Origin: Myxococcota bacterium
GTDB taxonomy: Bacteria; Myxococcota_A; UBA9160; UBA4427
Direction of reading: 5' to 3'
NCBI GenBank assembly: GCA_965250285.1
Contig: OZ252299.1
Coordinates: 5,984,001 to 6,048,000 of the forward strand
DNA length: 64,000 bases
The position numbers were made by a program, and so were the translations under genes. Positions 20,664 through 30,119 of this stretch are shown piece by piece (the first letter of the stretch is position 1; each line of letters starts with the position of its first letter). The notes under the pieces were generated by a model. It was not told the DNA's origin, made no database searches, and saw nothing but the letters and a program-made list of their open reading frames with translations.

Positions 20664-21329
20664 TCAGAGAGGGACGTGAGGCGTCAGGTTCGGCATCGCC
20701 GTGGTCGCGAAACTCTCGAAGATGCGTTCGGCGTGCTCCTCGCCCCGTGTCCGGTCGAGCGGAATCGTGAGCCGCACGAGTGCCCCGTCCGTGCGGCCCT
20801 GCACGGCCCGGTCGACGAACATCCGGTACAGCCGCTCCCAATCCTGTGAGAACGCGTGCCCGCGCGACTGGTACCAGAAGTAGACGATCTGCCGGTAGGG
20901 CCCCTTGGCGATCGTGAAGCGCTTCGCCTCGCCGGGGAGACCGAAGTCGATCGGCACCGTACGGCTGTCGATGATGTCCCAGCCCGAGCCAGGCAGGCAG
21001 TGTTCGGGCGGATGGATGACGCTCGTGTCGCCCGAGTCGCTGCGTCGCTGGATCGCGTGATACCCGACGTAGAGGTTGACGAGCGAGGGTTCGTCGTCCT
21101 CTCCCGCTGCCGTGCTGCGGTAGTCGCAGAGCAGATAGTCGGTGACACCGAGATTCTCGATGACGTCCTCTTCGAGGACCGCGCGACCGTCGCAGCGCCA
21201 CTCGCCCATCTCGTCGGGGAACGACGCGAAGCTCTCGCGCGGCGGCACGACGTCTTCGGTCGCCAGGTAGTTGAACGTATAGAAGTTGAGCCCGATGAAG
21301 GCGATGGCGGCGATGAGCTTGGGGATCAC
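20664..21329 (-). CDS. epsI: EpsI family protein (exosortase-associated)
   Basis: N-terminal TM, FP...GEW, LGVTDYL, VNLYVGY, IHPPEHCLPGSGW, YFWYQ and RTDGALVR. GTG start overlaps the exosortase stop (GTGA). Confidence 0.9.
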   Translation of the reverse strand: MIPKLIAAIAFIGLNFYTFNYLATEDVVPPRESFASFPDEMGEWRCDGRAVLEEDVIENLGVTDYLLCDYRSTAAGEDDEPSLVNLYVGYHAIQRRSDSGDTSVIHPPEHCLPGSGWDIIDSRTVPIDFGLPGEAKRFTIAKGPYRQIVYFWYQSRGHAFSQDWERLYRMFVDRAVQGRTDGALVRLTIPLDRTRGEEHAERIFESFATTAMPNLTPHVPL

Positions 21330-22231
21330 GCGTTGGGGCTCCCTGCTCGACGGCGCGCATAGAGCCGCGCGCCGAAGTCGATGAGTCGCGCTTCGGCCAT
21401 GAGCAGCGCGAAAGCGACGGTGAACGTGATGATGCCCTGGAACTCGTGGATCACGCCCTGGGCCGTATGCAGACCGTAATGGTGCGCGAGAACGCCCGTG
21501 ATCGCGACGCGCCCCGCATTGACGACGACCGCGATCGGGATCGTCGAGAGGACGAGGATCGCCTGGGCCACGGGCTTGCCGCGCTCGAAGAAGTAGGCGA
21601 AGACGACGCCGAGCGTGACCAGCGCCATCAGCGACCGAAGGCCCGAGCACGCCTCGGCCACGAAGAGCTCGTTGTGAGCCAGATGGATGATGTTGCCCTC
21701 GACGAGGGCCGGGATTCCGATCAGGTGCAGGACGTCGACGGCCCAGCGCGCCGCGGTCAGCTGCAGCGGGAACGCGATGATGTTCACGAGGCTCTGGGGC
21801 AGCGGCACCATCAAGAAGAGAAAGAGGAGCGGGAATGCGACGATGCGGAAGACCCGCCAGCCGAGCAGCAGCAGCACGAGGCCGATGACGGTGAAGACGA
21901 AGCCGCTGCGCAGGGCCGTCAGCAGGTTGCCGAGCTGGCCGACGGCCAGCGAGAAGAGGCCGAGCGCGAGCGGGATCAGCCCCAGCCAGCTGCCTTCGAT
22001 CGGCGCCTTCGCGAGCTCACGGCGCTTCTCCCACGCGAAGTAGGCGGCGAGCGGAGCGACCAGGAACCCGTGCGAGTAGTCGGGATCCTTGCCCCAGTGG
22101 ATGATCATGTTGTGGAGGATCGGGAAGTAGACGATCGCGGTCAGCGCGACCAGGGCGGCGGTCGCGAGCGTCGCGTTGCGGCGGTCGTTCGGCGCCGCCA
22201 CGTCTTCCGGTCCTGCAGTGGTGCTGCTCAA
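21326..22231 (-). CDS. xrt: Exosortase (EpsH/Xrt family)
   Basis: W..DPDYSHG and catalytic triad motifs VAEACSGLRSL (Cys), NAGRV (Arg) and HEFQG (His); about 8 TM segments. Confidence 0.95.
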   Translation of the reverse strand: MSSTTAGPEDVAAPNDRRNATLATAALVALTAIVYFPILHNMIIHWGKDPDYSHGFLVAPLAAYFAWEKRRELAKAPIEGSWLGLIPLALGLFSLAVGQLGNLLTALRSGFVFTVIGLVLLLLGWRVFRIVAFPLLFLFLMVPLPQSLVNIIAFPLQLTAARWAVDVLHLIGIPALVEGNIIHLAHNELFVAEACSGLRSLMALVTLGVVFAYFFERGKPVAQAILVLSTIPIAVVVNAGRVAITGVLAHHYGLHTAQGVIHEFQGIITFTVAFALLMAEARLIDFGARLYARRRAGSPNA

Positions 22232-23355
22232 GCTCCACTCCTCAGATCACCCGCCAGAATCTCGACGATGCGCTCGGCCGTCGCTCCGTCCCAGAGCGGC
22301 GGGATGCGACCCGCCTTGCCACGACCGGCCAGGACCTCGTGCGCCGCCTTCAGGATCACCTCGGGATCGGTCCCGACCACCGTGTTGGTGCCGTCGGTCT
22401 CGGTGATCGGCCGCTCCGTCGAGTCGCGCAGGGTGAGGCAGGTGACGCCCAGCGCGGTCGTCTCCTCCTGGATGCCGCCCGAGTCGGTCAGGACGAGCTT
22501 CGCTCCGTCCATCATGCCGAGAAAGTCGAGGTAGCCCATCGGTTCTTCGAGACGCAGGTTGGGCAGCTCGCCGTCGAGCAGCGACTCGAACGCGGCGCGC
22601 GTGCGCGGGTGGACCGGAAACACGATCGGCAGGTCGCGGTGGATCTCTTCGAGCGCGCCGATCAGCGCCTTGAGCGCTCTCGGGTCGTCGACGTTGCTCG
22701 GCCGATGCAGCGTGAGCAGGCCGTAGCGGCCGCGCTCCAGCCCGAGGCGCGTCGGCGCATCGATCTCACGCGCGCGCTCGACGTTTCGCAGCAGCGTGTC
22801 GATCATGACGTTGCCCACGAGATGCACGCGATCCTCGTCGACGCCCTCGGCGACGAGGTTCTCATTGCCCTCGGCTTCGGTCGTGAAGAGCCAGGTCGAA
22901 ACCGAGTCGGTGAGGATCCGGTTGATCTCTTCGGGCATCTCGCGGTCGCGCGAACGCAGCCCCGCCTCGACGTGCGCGACCGGGATGTGGAGCTTGACGG
23001 CTGCCAGGGTCGCGGCGAGGGTCGAGTTGACGTCGCCGACGACCAGCACCACGTGCGGCCGCCGCTCGATCAGGAGCTTCTCGATCTCGATCAGGACGCG
23101 GCCGGTCTGTTCGCCATGGCTGCCCGAGCCGATCCCCAGGTTCACGTCCGGTTCGGGGATGCCGAGGTCGCGAAAGAACGACTCCGACATCGCCGCGTCG
23201 TAGTGCTGGCCCGTGTGCACCAAGAAGGGCTCGAAGCGCGGATCGGCCTGCATCGCGTGCATGAGCGGCGCGATCTTCATGAAGTTGGGGCGCGCGCCCG
23301 CGACGGCGAGAACCGAGTAGGGGGGCGTCCCGGAGTTTTGCTGGGCGGCGGTCAT
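22228..23355 (-). CDS. wecB: UDP-N-acetylglucosamine 2-epimerase (non-hydrolysing)
   Basis: GARPNFMK, HTGQHYD, HVEAGLRS, PEEINR and TDSGGIQEE. Confidence 0.96.
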   Translation of the reverse strand: MTAAQQNSGTPPYSVLAVAGARPNFMKIAPLMHAMQADPRFEPFLVHTGQHYDAAMSESFFRDLGIPEPDVNLGIGSGSHGEQTGRVLIEIEKLLIERRPHVVLVVGDVNSTLAATLAAVKLHIPVAHVEAGLRSRDREMPEEINRILTDSVSTWLFTTEAEGNENLVAEGVDEDRVHLVGNVMIDTLLRNVERAREIDAPTRLGLERGRYGLLTLHRPSNVDDPRALKALIGALEEIHRDLPIVFPVHPRTRAAFESLLDGELPNLRLEEPMGYLDFLGMMDGAKLVLTDSGGIQEETTALGVTCLTLRDSTERPITETDGTNTVVGTDPEVILKAAHEVLAGRGKAGRIPPLWDGATAERIVEILAGDLRSGA

Positions 23356-23902
23356 CGGGTCCTGTCGAGGCCTCCAGCCCCGCAGGGCCCGGCCGGTACT
23401 GGCTCGAAGCGGCGCCGGAGTCTAGCCCCAACCGCATCGGTCCACCGTCGCGGCGCTTGGATGCCGCGAACACGTTCGCATTCGGCTCGTTTCAGGACGC
23501 CTCTGGTCTGCGTCCCGTTCTGAAAGTGCCCCACAGAGGTCGAATCGGTCGCGCGATCTGGTCGCGAGTCAGATTTCCCGTCACCCACGGGGCGAATCGG
23601 GAACTGACCTGACGCTGAACTCCGCTCGACTGTGCTTCGGTGGCCAGTTGGCGTTTTCGTGGGAAAAGTTGTGGACACGAACATCCGAGAAAGAGAAAAA
23701 TATCTCCCTCGTTCCAACGGATTTCCGTCGAATGGCAATCGAGTACATACCGAGCGAGTTCGGCTGGGTCCATCGACCCTCGCCTTCCCACGGAGTCTTG
23801 CAGTGAAAGTGGAATCGACGCCGAGGGCGGGTCATCGCTCGCTCGATGCACCGCGATGCGCCCCGGCATCGCCGCGGCGCCTGGCAGAGCGGGGGCGCAT
23901 CG
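23356..23902. promoter_or_regulatory. Divergent intergenic control region between the wecB-xrt operon and the activator/export operon
   Basis: 547 bp with no credible gene. It contains a locally AT-rich tract (~23650-23750) and an imperfect inverted repeat ACGGA-TT-TCCGT (~23717-23728). No promoter boxes were confidently identified. Confidence 0.5.
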
Positions 23903-25324
23903 ATGGCTGAGCAGCTTCGCATCCTGGTGATCGACGACGACCCCGGCGTGCGCGAGTACCTCGAAGCGCTCGCCGTTCGGCGCGGGTATCACGTGTTCGC
24001 GGCCGCGTCGGCCGAAGAAGCGCTGCGTCTCTTGAAAGAGGCGACGCCCGACATCGTGACGCTCGACGCGGTGCTGCCGGGGATGAGCGGTCTCGAGCTG
24101 CTCGGGCAGCTGAAGCAACGACTGCCCGAGGTGCCAGTGATCATGCTGTCGGGCCACGGCCAGGCGCGCACCATCGTCGAGGCCATGCGCCTGGGTGCCT
24201 CCGACTTCTTGCGCAAGCCCTTCGAGGTCGAAGAGCTGCAGCTCGCCTTCGACAAGGCCATCGAGCACAACGCGCTGCGCGAAGAGGTCGAGAGCCTGCG
24301 CGGACGCGTGCGCAGCGAGGCCGACGGCCTCTTGATCGGCAGCGAGAACGAAGCCATGCGCGAGGTCTGCGCGATCATCGAGCAGGTCGCGAGCACCGAC
24401 ATCACCGTGCTCGTGCGCGGCGAGAGCGGCACCGGCAAGGAGGTGGTCGCGCGCGCCATTCACCAGCAGAGCGACCGACACGCGCGGCCCTTCGTGAAGG
24501 TCAACTGCGCGGCGCTGCCCTCGGAGCTGCTCGAGAGCGAGCTCTTCGGCTTCGAGAAGGGTGCCTTCACCGGCGCTCAGAAGCGCAAGCTCGGCAAGTT
24601 CGAGTACGCGAACCAGGGCACGATCTTCCTCGACGAGATCAGCGAGATGGCGCCGGGCCTTCAGGCGAAGCTGCTGCAGGTGCTGCAGGACGGACAGTTC
24701 TCGCGGCTCGGCGGCAAGAGCGACGTGCAGGTCGACACGCGCATCATCGCGGCGACCAACCGCAACCTCGAAGAGGCGGTTCAGAGCGGCGAGTTCCGTG
24801 AGGATCTCTACTACCGGCTCAACGTCGTCACGATCCGCATCCCGCCGCTCCGGGAGCGAATCGACACGATTCCGCTGCTCGTGGATCACTTCCTCAATCG
24901 ATACAACGAGCAGTACAAGAAGAGCCTGCACGAGCTGTCGAACGACACCACGCTGGCGCTCGCCGAGCACCACTGGCCGGGCAACGTGCGCGAACTCGAG
25001 AACATGGTGAAGCGCATGGTCGTGCTCGGCAACGAGAAGGCCGTCGTCGAAGAGATCCGAAGTCATGCTCCGCGCCCGTCGGCCGAGACGAACGGCGGCG
25101 ATGAGCTCGACCTCGAGACGCTCGGCGTGAACTTTTCCGACGACGGAAGAATCGATCTGAAGGCGATCTCTAAGCGCGCTGCTCGGATTGCCGAGAAGAA
25201 GGTGATCGAACGCGTGCTGGGCCAGACGCGCTGGAACCGCAAGGACGCCGCCGAGAGGCTGCAGATCAGTTACAAGGCGCTCCTCTACAAAATGAAGGAG
25301 AACGGCTTGAGCGGCGATCGATGA
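23903..25324 (+). CDS. Sigma54-dependent response regulator (REC-AAA+-HTH, NtrC family)
   Basis: REC domain (IDDD, LD, KPF), GESGTGKE, GAFTGA, FLDEI, WPGNVREL and a Fis-type HTH. Confidence 0.95.
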   Translation: MAEQLRILVIDDDPGVREYLEALAVRRGYHVFAAASAEEALRLLKEATPDIVTLDAVLPGMSGLELLGQLKQRLPEVPVIMLSGHGQARTIVEAMRLGASDFLRKPFEVEELQLAFDKAIEHNALREEVESLRGRVRSEADGLLIGSENEAMREVCAIIEQVASTDITVLVRGESGTGKEVVARAIHQQSDRHARPFVKVNCAALPSELLESELFGFEKGAFTGAQKRKLGKFEYANQGTIFLDEISEMAPGLQAKLLQVLQDGQFSRLGGKSDVQVDTRIIAATNRNLEEAVQSGEFREDLYYRLNVVTIRIPPLRERIDTIPLLVDHFLNRYNEQYKKSLHELSNDTTLALAEHHWPGNVRELENMVKRMVVLGNEKAVVEEIRSHAPRPSAETNGGDELDLETLGVNFSDDGRIDLKAISKRAARIAEKKVIERVLGQTRWNRKDAAERLQISYKALLYKMKENGLSGDR

Positions 25325-25350
25325 TCGCAGCCCACTCGCCGGAGGTGAAC

Positions 25351-25956
25351 ATGTCTCGAAACGCCCGAATGAAGTTCATGGTGCTGAGCGTCGCGATCGC
25401 TGCGCTCGCGTCTGCGTGCGCCAGCGCGCCGACGTTGCCGCCGCCGCCCGAGCAGGTGGCCGGCGAGCGCGTTCCGTACGTGATCGGCATCCCCGACGTC
25501 CTCGACATTCTCGTGTGGAAGAACCCCGAGTTGTCGACGCAGGTCGTCGTGCGCCGCGACGGCATGATCTCGGTGCCGCTGCTCGGCGACGTGCAGGCCG
25601 AGGGTCTCACGCCGATGGAGCTGACCGTGGTGCTCCGGCAGGCGCTCTCCGACTACATCAGTGCGCCCGACGTGACCGTGATGGTCGCGCGGTCCGACTC
25701 GCAGTCGGTGGCGGTGGTCGGCGCCGTGCTTCGGTCGGGCATCGTGCCGCTCGCGCGCGAGACGCGCGTGCTCGACGCGATCGCGACCGTCGGCGGCTTC
25801 AACACGTGGGCTCGCAAGAACGACGTGCGGATCATTCGCCGCGCCCAAGAGGGCCTCGTGGCGTACCGCTTCGACTACGGCGCGTATCTCTCGGGCGACG
25901 AGCCGGGGACGAACATGATCCTCCAACCCGGTGACACGATCATCGTTCCCGACTGA
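25351..25956 (+). CDS. Short OPX/Wza-family polysaccharide export lipoprotein
   Basis: GGAGG RBS; lipobox LASAC; YVIG..DVL, VRRDGMISVPLLGDV.AEG.T (Poly_export); one SLBB domain ending LQPGDTIIVPD. Confidence 0.92.
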   Translation: MSRNARMKFMVLSVAIAALASACASAPTLPPPPEQVAGERVPYVIGIPDVLDILVWKNPELSTQVVVRRDGMISVPLLGDVQAEGLTPMELTVVLRQALSDYISAPDVTVMVARSDSQSVAVVGAVLRSGIVPLARETRVLDAIATVGGFNTWARKNDVRIIRRAQEGLVAYRFDYGAYLSGDEPGTNMILQPGDTIIVPD

Positions 25957-25967
25957 GACCCCATTCG

Positions 25968-27476
25968 ATGCGTCTGCGCCCCATCCTGATCCTCGCGCTC
26001 GCGAGCCTGCTCCCGGCCCTCTCTGCAGATGGCCGGGAAGTCGTGTTGGGGATCCAGCAGAGCTTGACCGCCGACTCGAACCTGTTCAACGAGTCGCAGG
26101 ATCCGACGGCCGATGGGTCGTATCGAATCGGCCCGACCATTCGTCTCCGCGAGCAGCGCGACGTCCTGAACTTCGACTTCTTCTACACGCCGCAGTACCA
26201 GGTGTACATGCGCACCGACAACGTCAACGGGCTGAACCACACGTTCATCGGCGAGCTCGAGTATCGGCCGACGCCCCGCGACACGATCACGCTCTCGTCG
26301 TCGGCGATCCTGCGCCGGGCCGTGCAGCTGCTGACCGACCCGAACCTGGTCGTCTCCGACTTCGACACGCCGGGCATCGGTGACACCGGGCGATACATCG
26401 TCGATCTCAGGTATCAGCGGCGACTGACGGATCGGCTCGCGGGCTCGGTCTCGGGCCGGTACGAGCAGTGGACGTATACGAACGGGACGGCCGTGCCGAA
26501 CATCTCGGGCACGGCGAAGGCCGATACGTACTGGGCCTTCACGCCCGAGATCCAGGCGGGGATCGAGGTCACCGGCAGCTACCGCGCCTTCGAGGCGATC
26601 GGCAGCCTGCCGCCGTCGACCAACGCGATCGGCAACGCGAGCCTCTTCGGCGCCTGGCAGATCGATCCGCGGTGGAGCATGACTCTGAGCGGTGGACCCG
26701 CCTACGTGGCTCAGCGGCAGGACGCGCCGGAGGCACGGCTGACGAGACGCTTCCGTACCGACGAGAACCAAAACGGAGTGGTGGCCGCCGCACAGTTCGC
26801 GAACTGCCTGCCCTTCGCCGGATTGCTCCTCCTGGAGAGGTGCTTGATCAACGGCGCCGACCCCTCGAGCAACCTCGCCGACCCGTTCCAGGAAGTTTTC
26901 GTGGACTTTCCGCCGGGAACCGAGACCACGAGCACGAACAGTGACTTCGCCACCTTCTTTGCCGGCGCCGAGGTGCGGTACGAGTTCCCGCGAGGGTTCG
27001 CGACCCTCGGGTATTCAAGGAATCAGGATGCGACGGGGGGCGTCGGATCGACGAACATCACGGACGCAGTCACGGGGCGGGCGGCCTACGATCTGAATCG
27101 TCGGACGAACTTCTCGCTCCTGGCGGTCTGGTCGAAGCGAAAGTCCGAGCTCAGCCAGAGCCAGGGCTTCGTCACGGCCGTGCAGAGCTCGGAGCTTTCC
27201 GACAACAACCAGCCGCTGGCCGAAGCCGGAGATCTCGCGCTCATCCGGTTCAACAGCGAGCGGGACCTCGACCAGGTGCGTGTCGTCGCGACGGTTCTGC
27301 ACCGGCTGTCGAAGAACCTGCAGGTGCGAGGGCAATTCAACTTCACCACGCAGCGGATCGAGTCGATCGCGATCGACCCCGTCACCGATGCGCGCATCGA
27401 GTCGGGGTCGCGTCGCACCAACAGATACATCGGACGCGTCTTCATTCGCTACGAGTTCGACCCCTATAGATTCTAG
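25968..27476 (+). CDS. Outer-membrane beta-barrel protein of the polysaccharide export/PEP-CTERM system
   Basis: Signal peptide, alternating amphipathic strands and a C-terminal ...RYEFDPYRF. Lies between the OPX and co-polymerase genes. Confidence 0.75.
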   Translation: MRLRPILILALASLLPALSADGREVVLGIQQSLTADSNLFNESQDPTADGSYRIGPTIRLREQRDVLNFDFFYTPQYQVYMRTDNVNGLNHTFIGELEYRPTPRDTITLSSSAILRRAVQLLTDPNLVVSDFDTPGIGDTGRYIVDLRYQRRLTDRLAGSVSGRYEQWTYTNGTAVPNISGTAKADTYWAFTPEIQAGIEVTGSYRAFEAIGSLPPSTNAIGNASLFGAWQIDPRWSMTLSGGPAYVAQRQDAPEARLTRRFRTDENQNGVVAAAQFANCLPFAGLLLLERCLINGADPSSNLADPFQEVFVDFPPGTETTSTNSDFATFFAGAEVRYEFPRGFATLGYSRNQDATGGVGSTNITDAVTGRAAYDLNRRTNFSLLAVWSKRKSELSQSQGFVTAVQSSELSDNNQPLAEAGDLALIRFNSERDLDQVRVVATVLHRLSKNLQVRGQFNFTTQRIESIAIDPVTDARIESGSRRTNRYIGRVFIRYEFDPYRF

Positions 27477-27503
27477 AAAGCGGCCACGGGCCGAGGTATC
27501 GAG

Positions 27504-29168
27504 ATGGACACCCAAGAGGGACTTCAGCTGTCGGATCTGGCCGGCGTCGTCACACGACGCGGCCGGCTCGTCGTCTATACGGCCGGCGCCGTGCTCCTGC
27601 TGGTCTACTGGATCGCCATGATGCTGCCGAACCAGTACCAGGCGAGCGCGCTGATCCTCGTCGAGCCGCAAGGCATCAGCGAAGAGCTCCTCGCCGCCGG
27701 CGTGCGCGAGAGCGATCTCAGTCAGCGCCTCGGCATCATGACGTCCGAGATCCTGAGCCGGGCCCGGCTGTCGGACATCATCAGCGACTTCGATCTCTAT
27801 CCCGACATGGCCGACTGGTACACGCGCGAAGAGGTCGTCGACCACATGCGCGAGCAGCTCTCGATCGAGCCCGTCTTCAGTGATCTGCAGGCCGATCAGC
27901 GACGCAACCGCACGGGCGACTTCAATACGTTCCGGATCAACTTCTCGTACGACTCGCCCCAGCTGGCGGCCGAGGTGGTGAACCGCCTTTCGGACGATTT
28001 CATCTCCGAGCACATCGACGCGCGCGTCCAGGTGTCGCAGAAGAGCCTCGAGTTCATGCGCTCGTCGATGGACGACCTTCGAACTCAGATCGCCCGGGTC
28101 GAGGTCGAGATCAAGGAGATCAAGGAGGCCAACCCGGGTCGTCTGCCCGAGGATCTGATGGCCAACCAGCGGATCCAGCAGCAGATGATGATGGACTACC
28201 GAAATGCCCAGCAGCTGCTGGCGGCGGCTCGGAGCGACGAGGCCTTCTGGAAGAACCAGGTGCTGACCGCCGTGTCGCTGTCGAGCCCGAACGACCCGAC
28301 CAGCCCGCAGTACCGCCGCAAGCTGCTCGAGCTCGAGCTTCGGGAGCTGCGCTCGCGCGGGTTCACCGACCGGCACCCCGACATCATCCGCGCCGAGGCC
28401 GAGCTCGAGGCGCTCTCGATGGCCGACAGCGAGGCCGCCCAGAGCACCCCGATCGAGCAGGCCGAGGACAAGCCGCCTGAGACGTTCGCCGAGCAGAACG
28501 CGCGCTCGGAGCATCGACGCGCCAAGCTCCAGGTCGCTGCGTCGCAGGAGGAGGTCCGGCGGCTCGAGGCTCAGCTCGCCGAGGTCGAGGGGCGGCTCGG
28601 GGCGACGCCCGGCGTCGCCGAGCAGCTCGATCGCCGCCAGCGCGAGTACGACTCACTGCGCAACAGCTTCCAGGACTTCAGCGCCAAGCTGCAGCAGGCG
28701 TCGGTGCAGGCGAACATGGAGCGCCGACAGCTCGGCGAGCAGCTGCGCGTGCTCGAAGCGGCCGTGCCGCCGCCCAGCCCGACGTCGCCGAACCGCCCGC
28801 TGATCCTCGCGCTCGGTCTGGTGCTCGGCCTGGGCTTCGGGCTCGGCCTCGCCGTGGTCGTCGAGACCGGTGACCGGTCGGTGCACAACGCACGCGAGCT
28901 GCAGGGGCTGGTGGGCCTGCCCGTGCTCGCCGAGATCCCCCGCATCATGCTCGAGAGCGACCGGGCCGAACGGTCGCGGCGACTCGTGATCGAGGGGGCC
29001 GTCATGCTGGCGATCGTCTTCGTGAGTCTCTTCGGCGGTCTGCTCTCGTACTTCTATGTGAACGGTGCGCCGGGCTTCCTGCAGTCGGGCGACGAGTACG
29101 AGCAGGCGGCGCCGCCGGCGCAGCAGTCGGAATACAGCCCGATGCGCCGCGGCGAGCGGCTCGGTTGA
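27504..29168 (+). CDS. Polysaccharide co-polymerase (PCP-2/Wzc N-terminal part, chain-length determinant)
   Basis: N-terminal TM + LP.QY.ASA.ILV, long coiled coil, FTDRHPD, Pro-rich PPSPTSPNR, Gly-rich TM and PVLAEIP. Confidence 0.92.
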   Translation: MDTQEGLQLSDLAGVVTRRGRLVVYTAGAVLLLVYWIAMMLPNQYQASALILVEPQGISEELLAAGVRESDLSQRLGIMTSEILSRARLSDIISDFDLYPDMADWYTREEVVDHMREQLSIEPVFSDLQADQRRNRTGDFNTFRINFSYDSPQLAAEVVNRLSDDFISEHIDARVQVSQKSLEFMRSSMDDLRTQIARVEVEIKEIKEANPGRLPEDLMANQRIQQQMMMDYRNAQQLLAAARSDEAFWKNQVLTAVSLSSPNDPTSPQYRRKLLELELRELRSRGFTDRHPDIIRAEAELEALSMADSEAAQSTPIEQAEDKPPETFAEQNARSEHRRAKLQVAASQEEVRRLEAQLAEVEGRLGATPGVAEQLDRRQREYDSLRNSFQDFSAKLQQASVQANMERRQLGEQLRVLEAAVPPPSPTSPNRPLILALGLVLGLGFGLGLAVVVETGDRSVHNARELQGLVGLPVLAEIPRIMLESDRAERSRRLVIEGAVMLAIVFVSLFGGLLSYFYVNGAPGFLQSGDEYEQAAPPAQQSEYSPMRRGERLG

Positions 29169-29186
29169 GAACGCGAGGAGCCTAAC

Positions 29187-30086
29187 GTGTACACCGAGTA
29201 TTACGGGTTGGTTCGAAGCCCGTTCGAGATGACACCCGACCCGTCGTTCCTCTTCCTTGGAGAGGCGCACCGGGAGGGGCTCGCCATGCTCGAGTACGGC
29301 GTGATGTCGGGCAAGGGCTTCGTCCTGCTCACGGGTGAGGTCGGGACGGGCAAGACGACCCTGCTGCATGCGTTGCTCGGCAAGCTCGATTCGCAGACGA
29401 AGTGCGCGTTCATCTTCAACCCGCGCCTCGAGCCCCTCGACTTCTTCCGCGTCCTCTTCGAGGAGCTGGGGATCGAAGCGAAGGGCGGCAGCAAGGCCGA
29501 GTACCTGCTGCAGCTGAACGAGTTCCTGATTCAGCGGCTCGAAGAGAATCAGAAGACGCTCCTCATCGTCGATGAGGCGCAGAACCTCGCACCCGAGATG
29601 CTCGAAGAGATTCGGCTGTTGTCGAACCTCGAGACACCGCGCTCGAAGCTGATCCAGATCATGCTCGTCGGGCAGCCCGAGCTGAAACAGATGCTCACGC
29701 GCCCCGATCTTCGGCAGCTGCGACAGCGCATCACGCTGCGACACCACCTTCGTCCCTTCGACGTCGACGAGACACGCGAGTACGTCGACGGGAGGCTCGG
29801 GAAGGCGGGCTACACTGGGCGCCGACTCTTTCGGCGCTCTGCGATTCGCGAGCTCCACGCGGTGACGGGCGGGACCCCGAGGCTCATCAACAGCGTCTGC
29901 GACAGCGCGCTGCTGATGGGGTACTCGCGGGACAAGTCCGTGATCGACGCGGGGATCGTGCGTGAGGTCGCAGCCGACCTCGAGCTGACTCCGGTGCACA
30001 CGCCCGATGCGGGCGACACCGGTCTTGATGGATCTGGGGCGGTCAAGCCGCGACTCCGGCGGAAGCTCCTCGACTTCCTTCGGTGA
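29187..30086 (+). CDS. ExeA-like AAA ATPase (exosortase-system-associated)
   Basis: MY..YYGL...PF..TPDP.F, GEVGTGKTT, IVDEAQNL, LVGQPEL and TGGTPRLIN. No peptidoglycan-binding C-terminus. Confidence 0.92.
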   Translation: MYTEYYGLVRSPFEMTPDPSFLFLGEAHREGLAMLEYGVMSGKGFVLLTGEVGTGKTTLLHALLGKLDSQTKCAFIFNPRLEPLDFFRVLFEELGIEAKGGSKAEYLLQLNEFLIQRLEENQKTLLIVDEAQNLAPEMLEEIRLLSNLETPRSKLIQIMLVGQPELKQMLTRPDLRQLRQRITLRHHLRPFDVDETREYVDGRLGKAGYTGRRLFRRSAIRELHAVTGGTPRLINSVCDSALLMGYSRDKSVIDAGIVREVAADLELTPVHTPDAGDTGLDGSGAVKPRLRRKLLDFLR

Positions 30087-30119
30087 TCTGGCGGGGATGG
30101 GCCCGCCAAGGAGAGAGAC

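Noticed and set aside
23655..23680. DnaA-box-like TGTGGACAC in the divergent control region
   Set aside because: Two mismatches to consensus and no convincing partner box.
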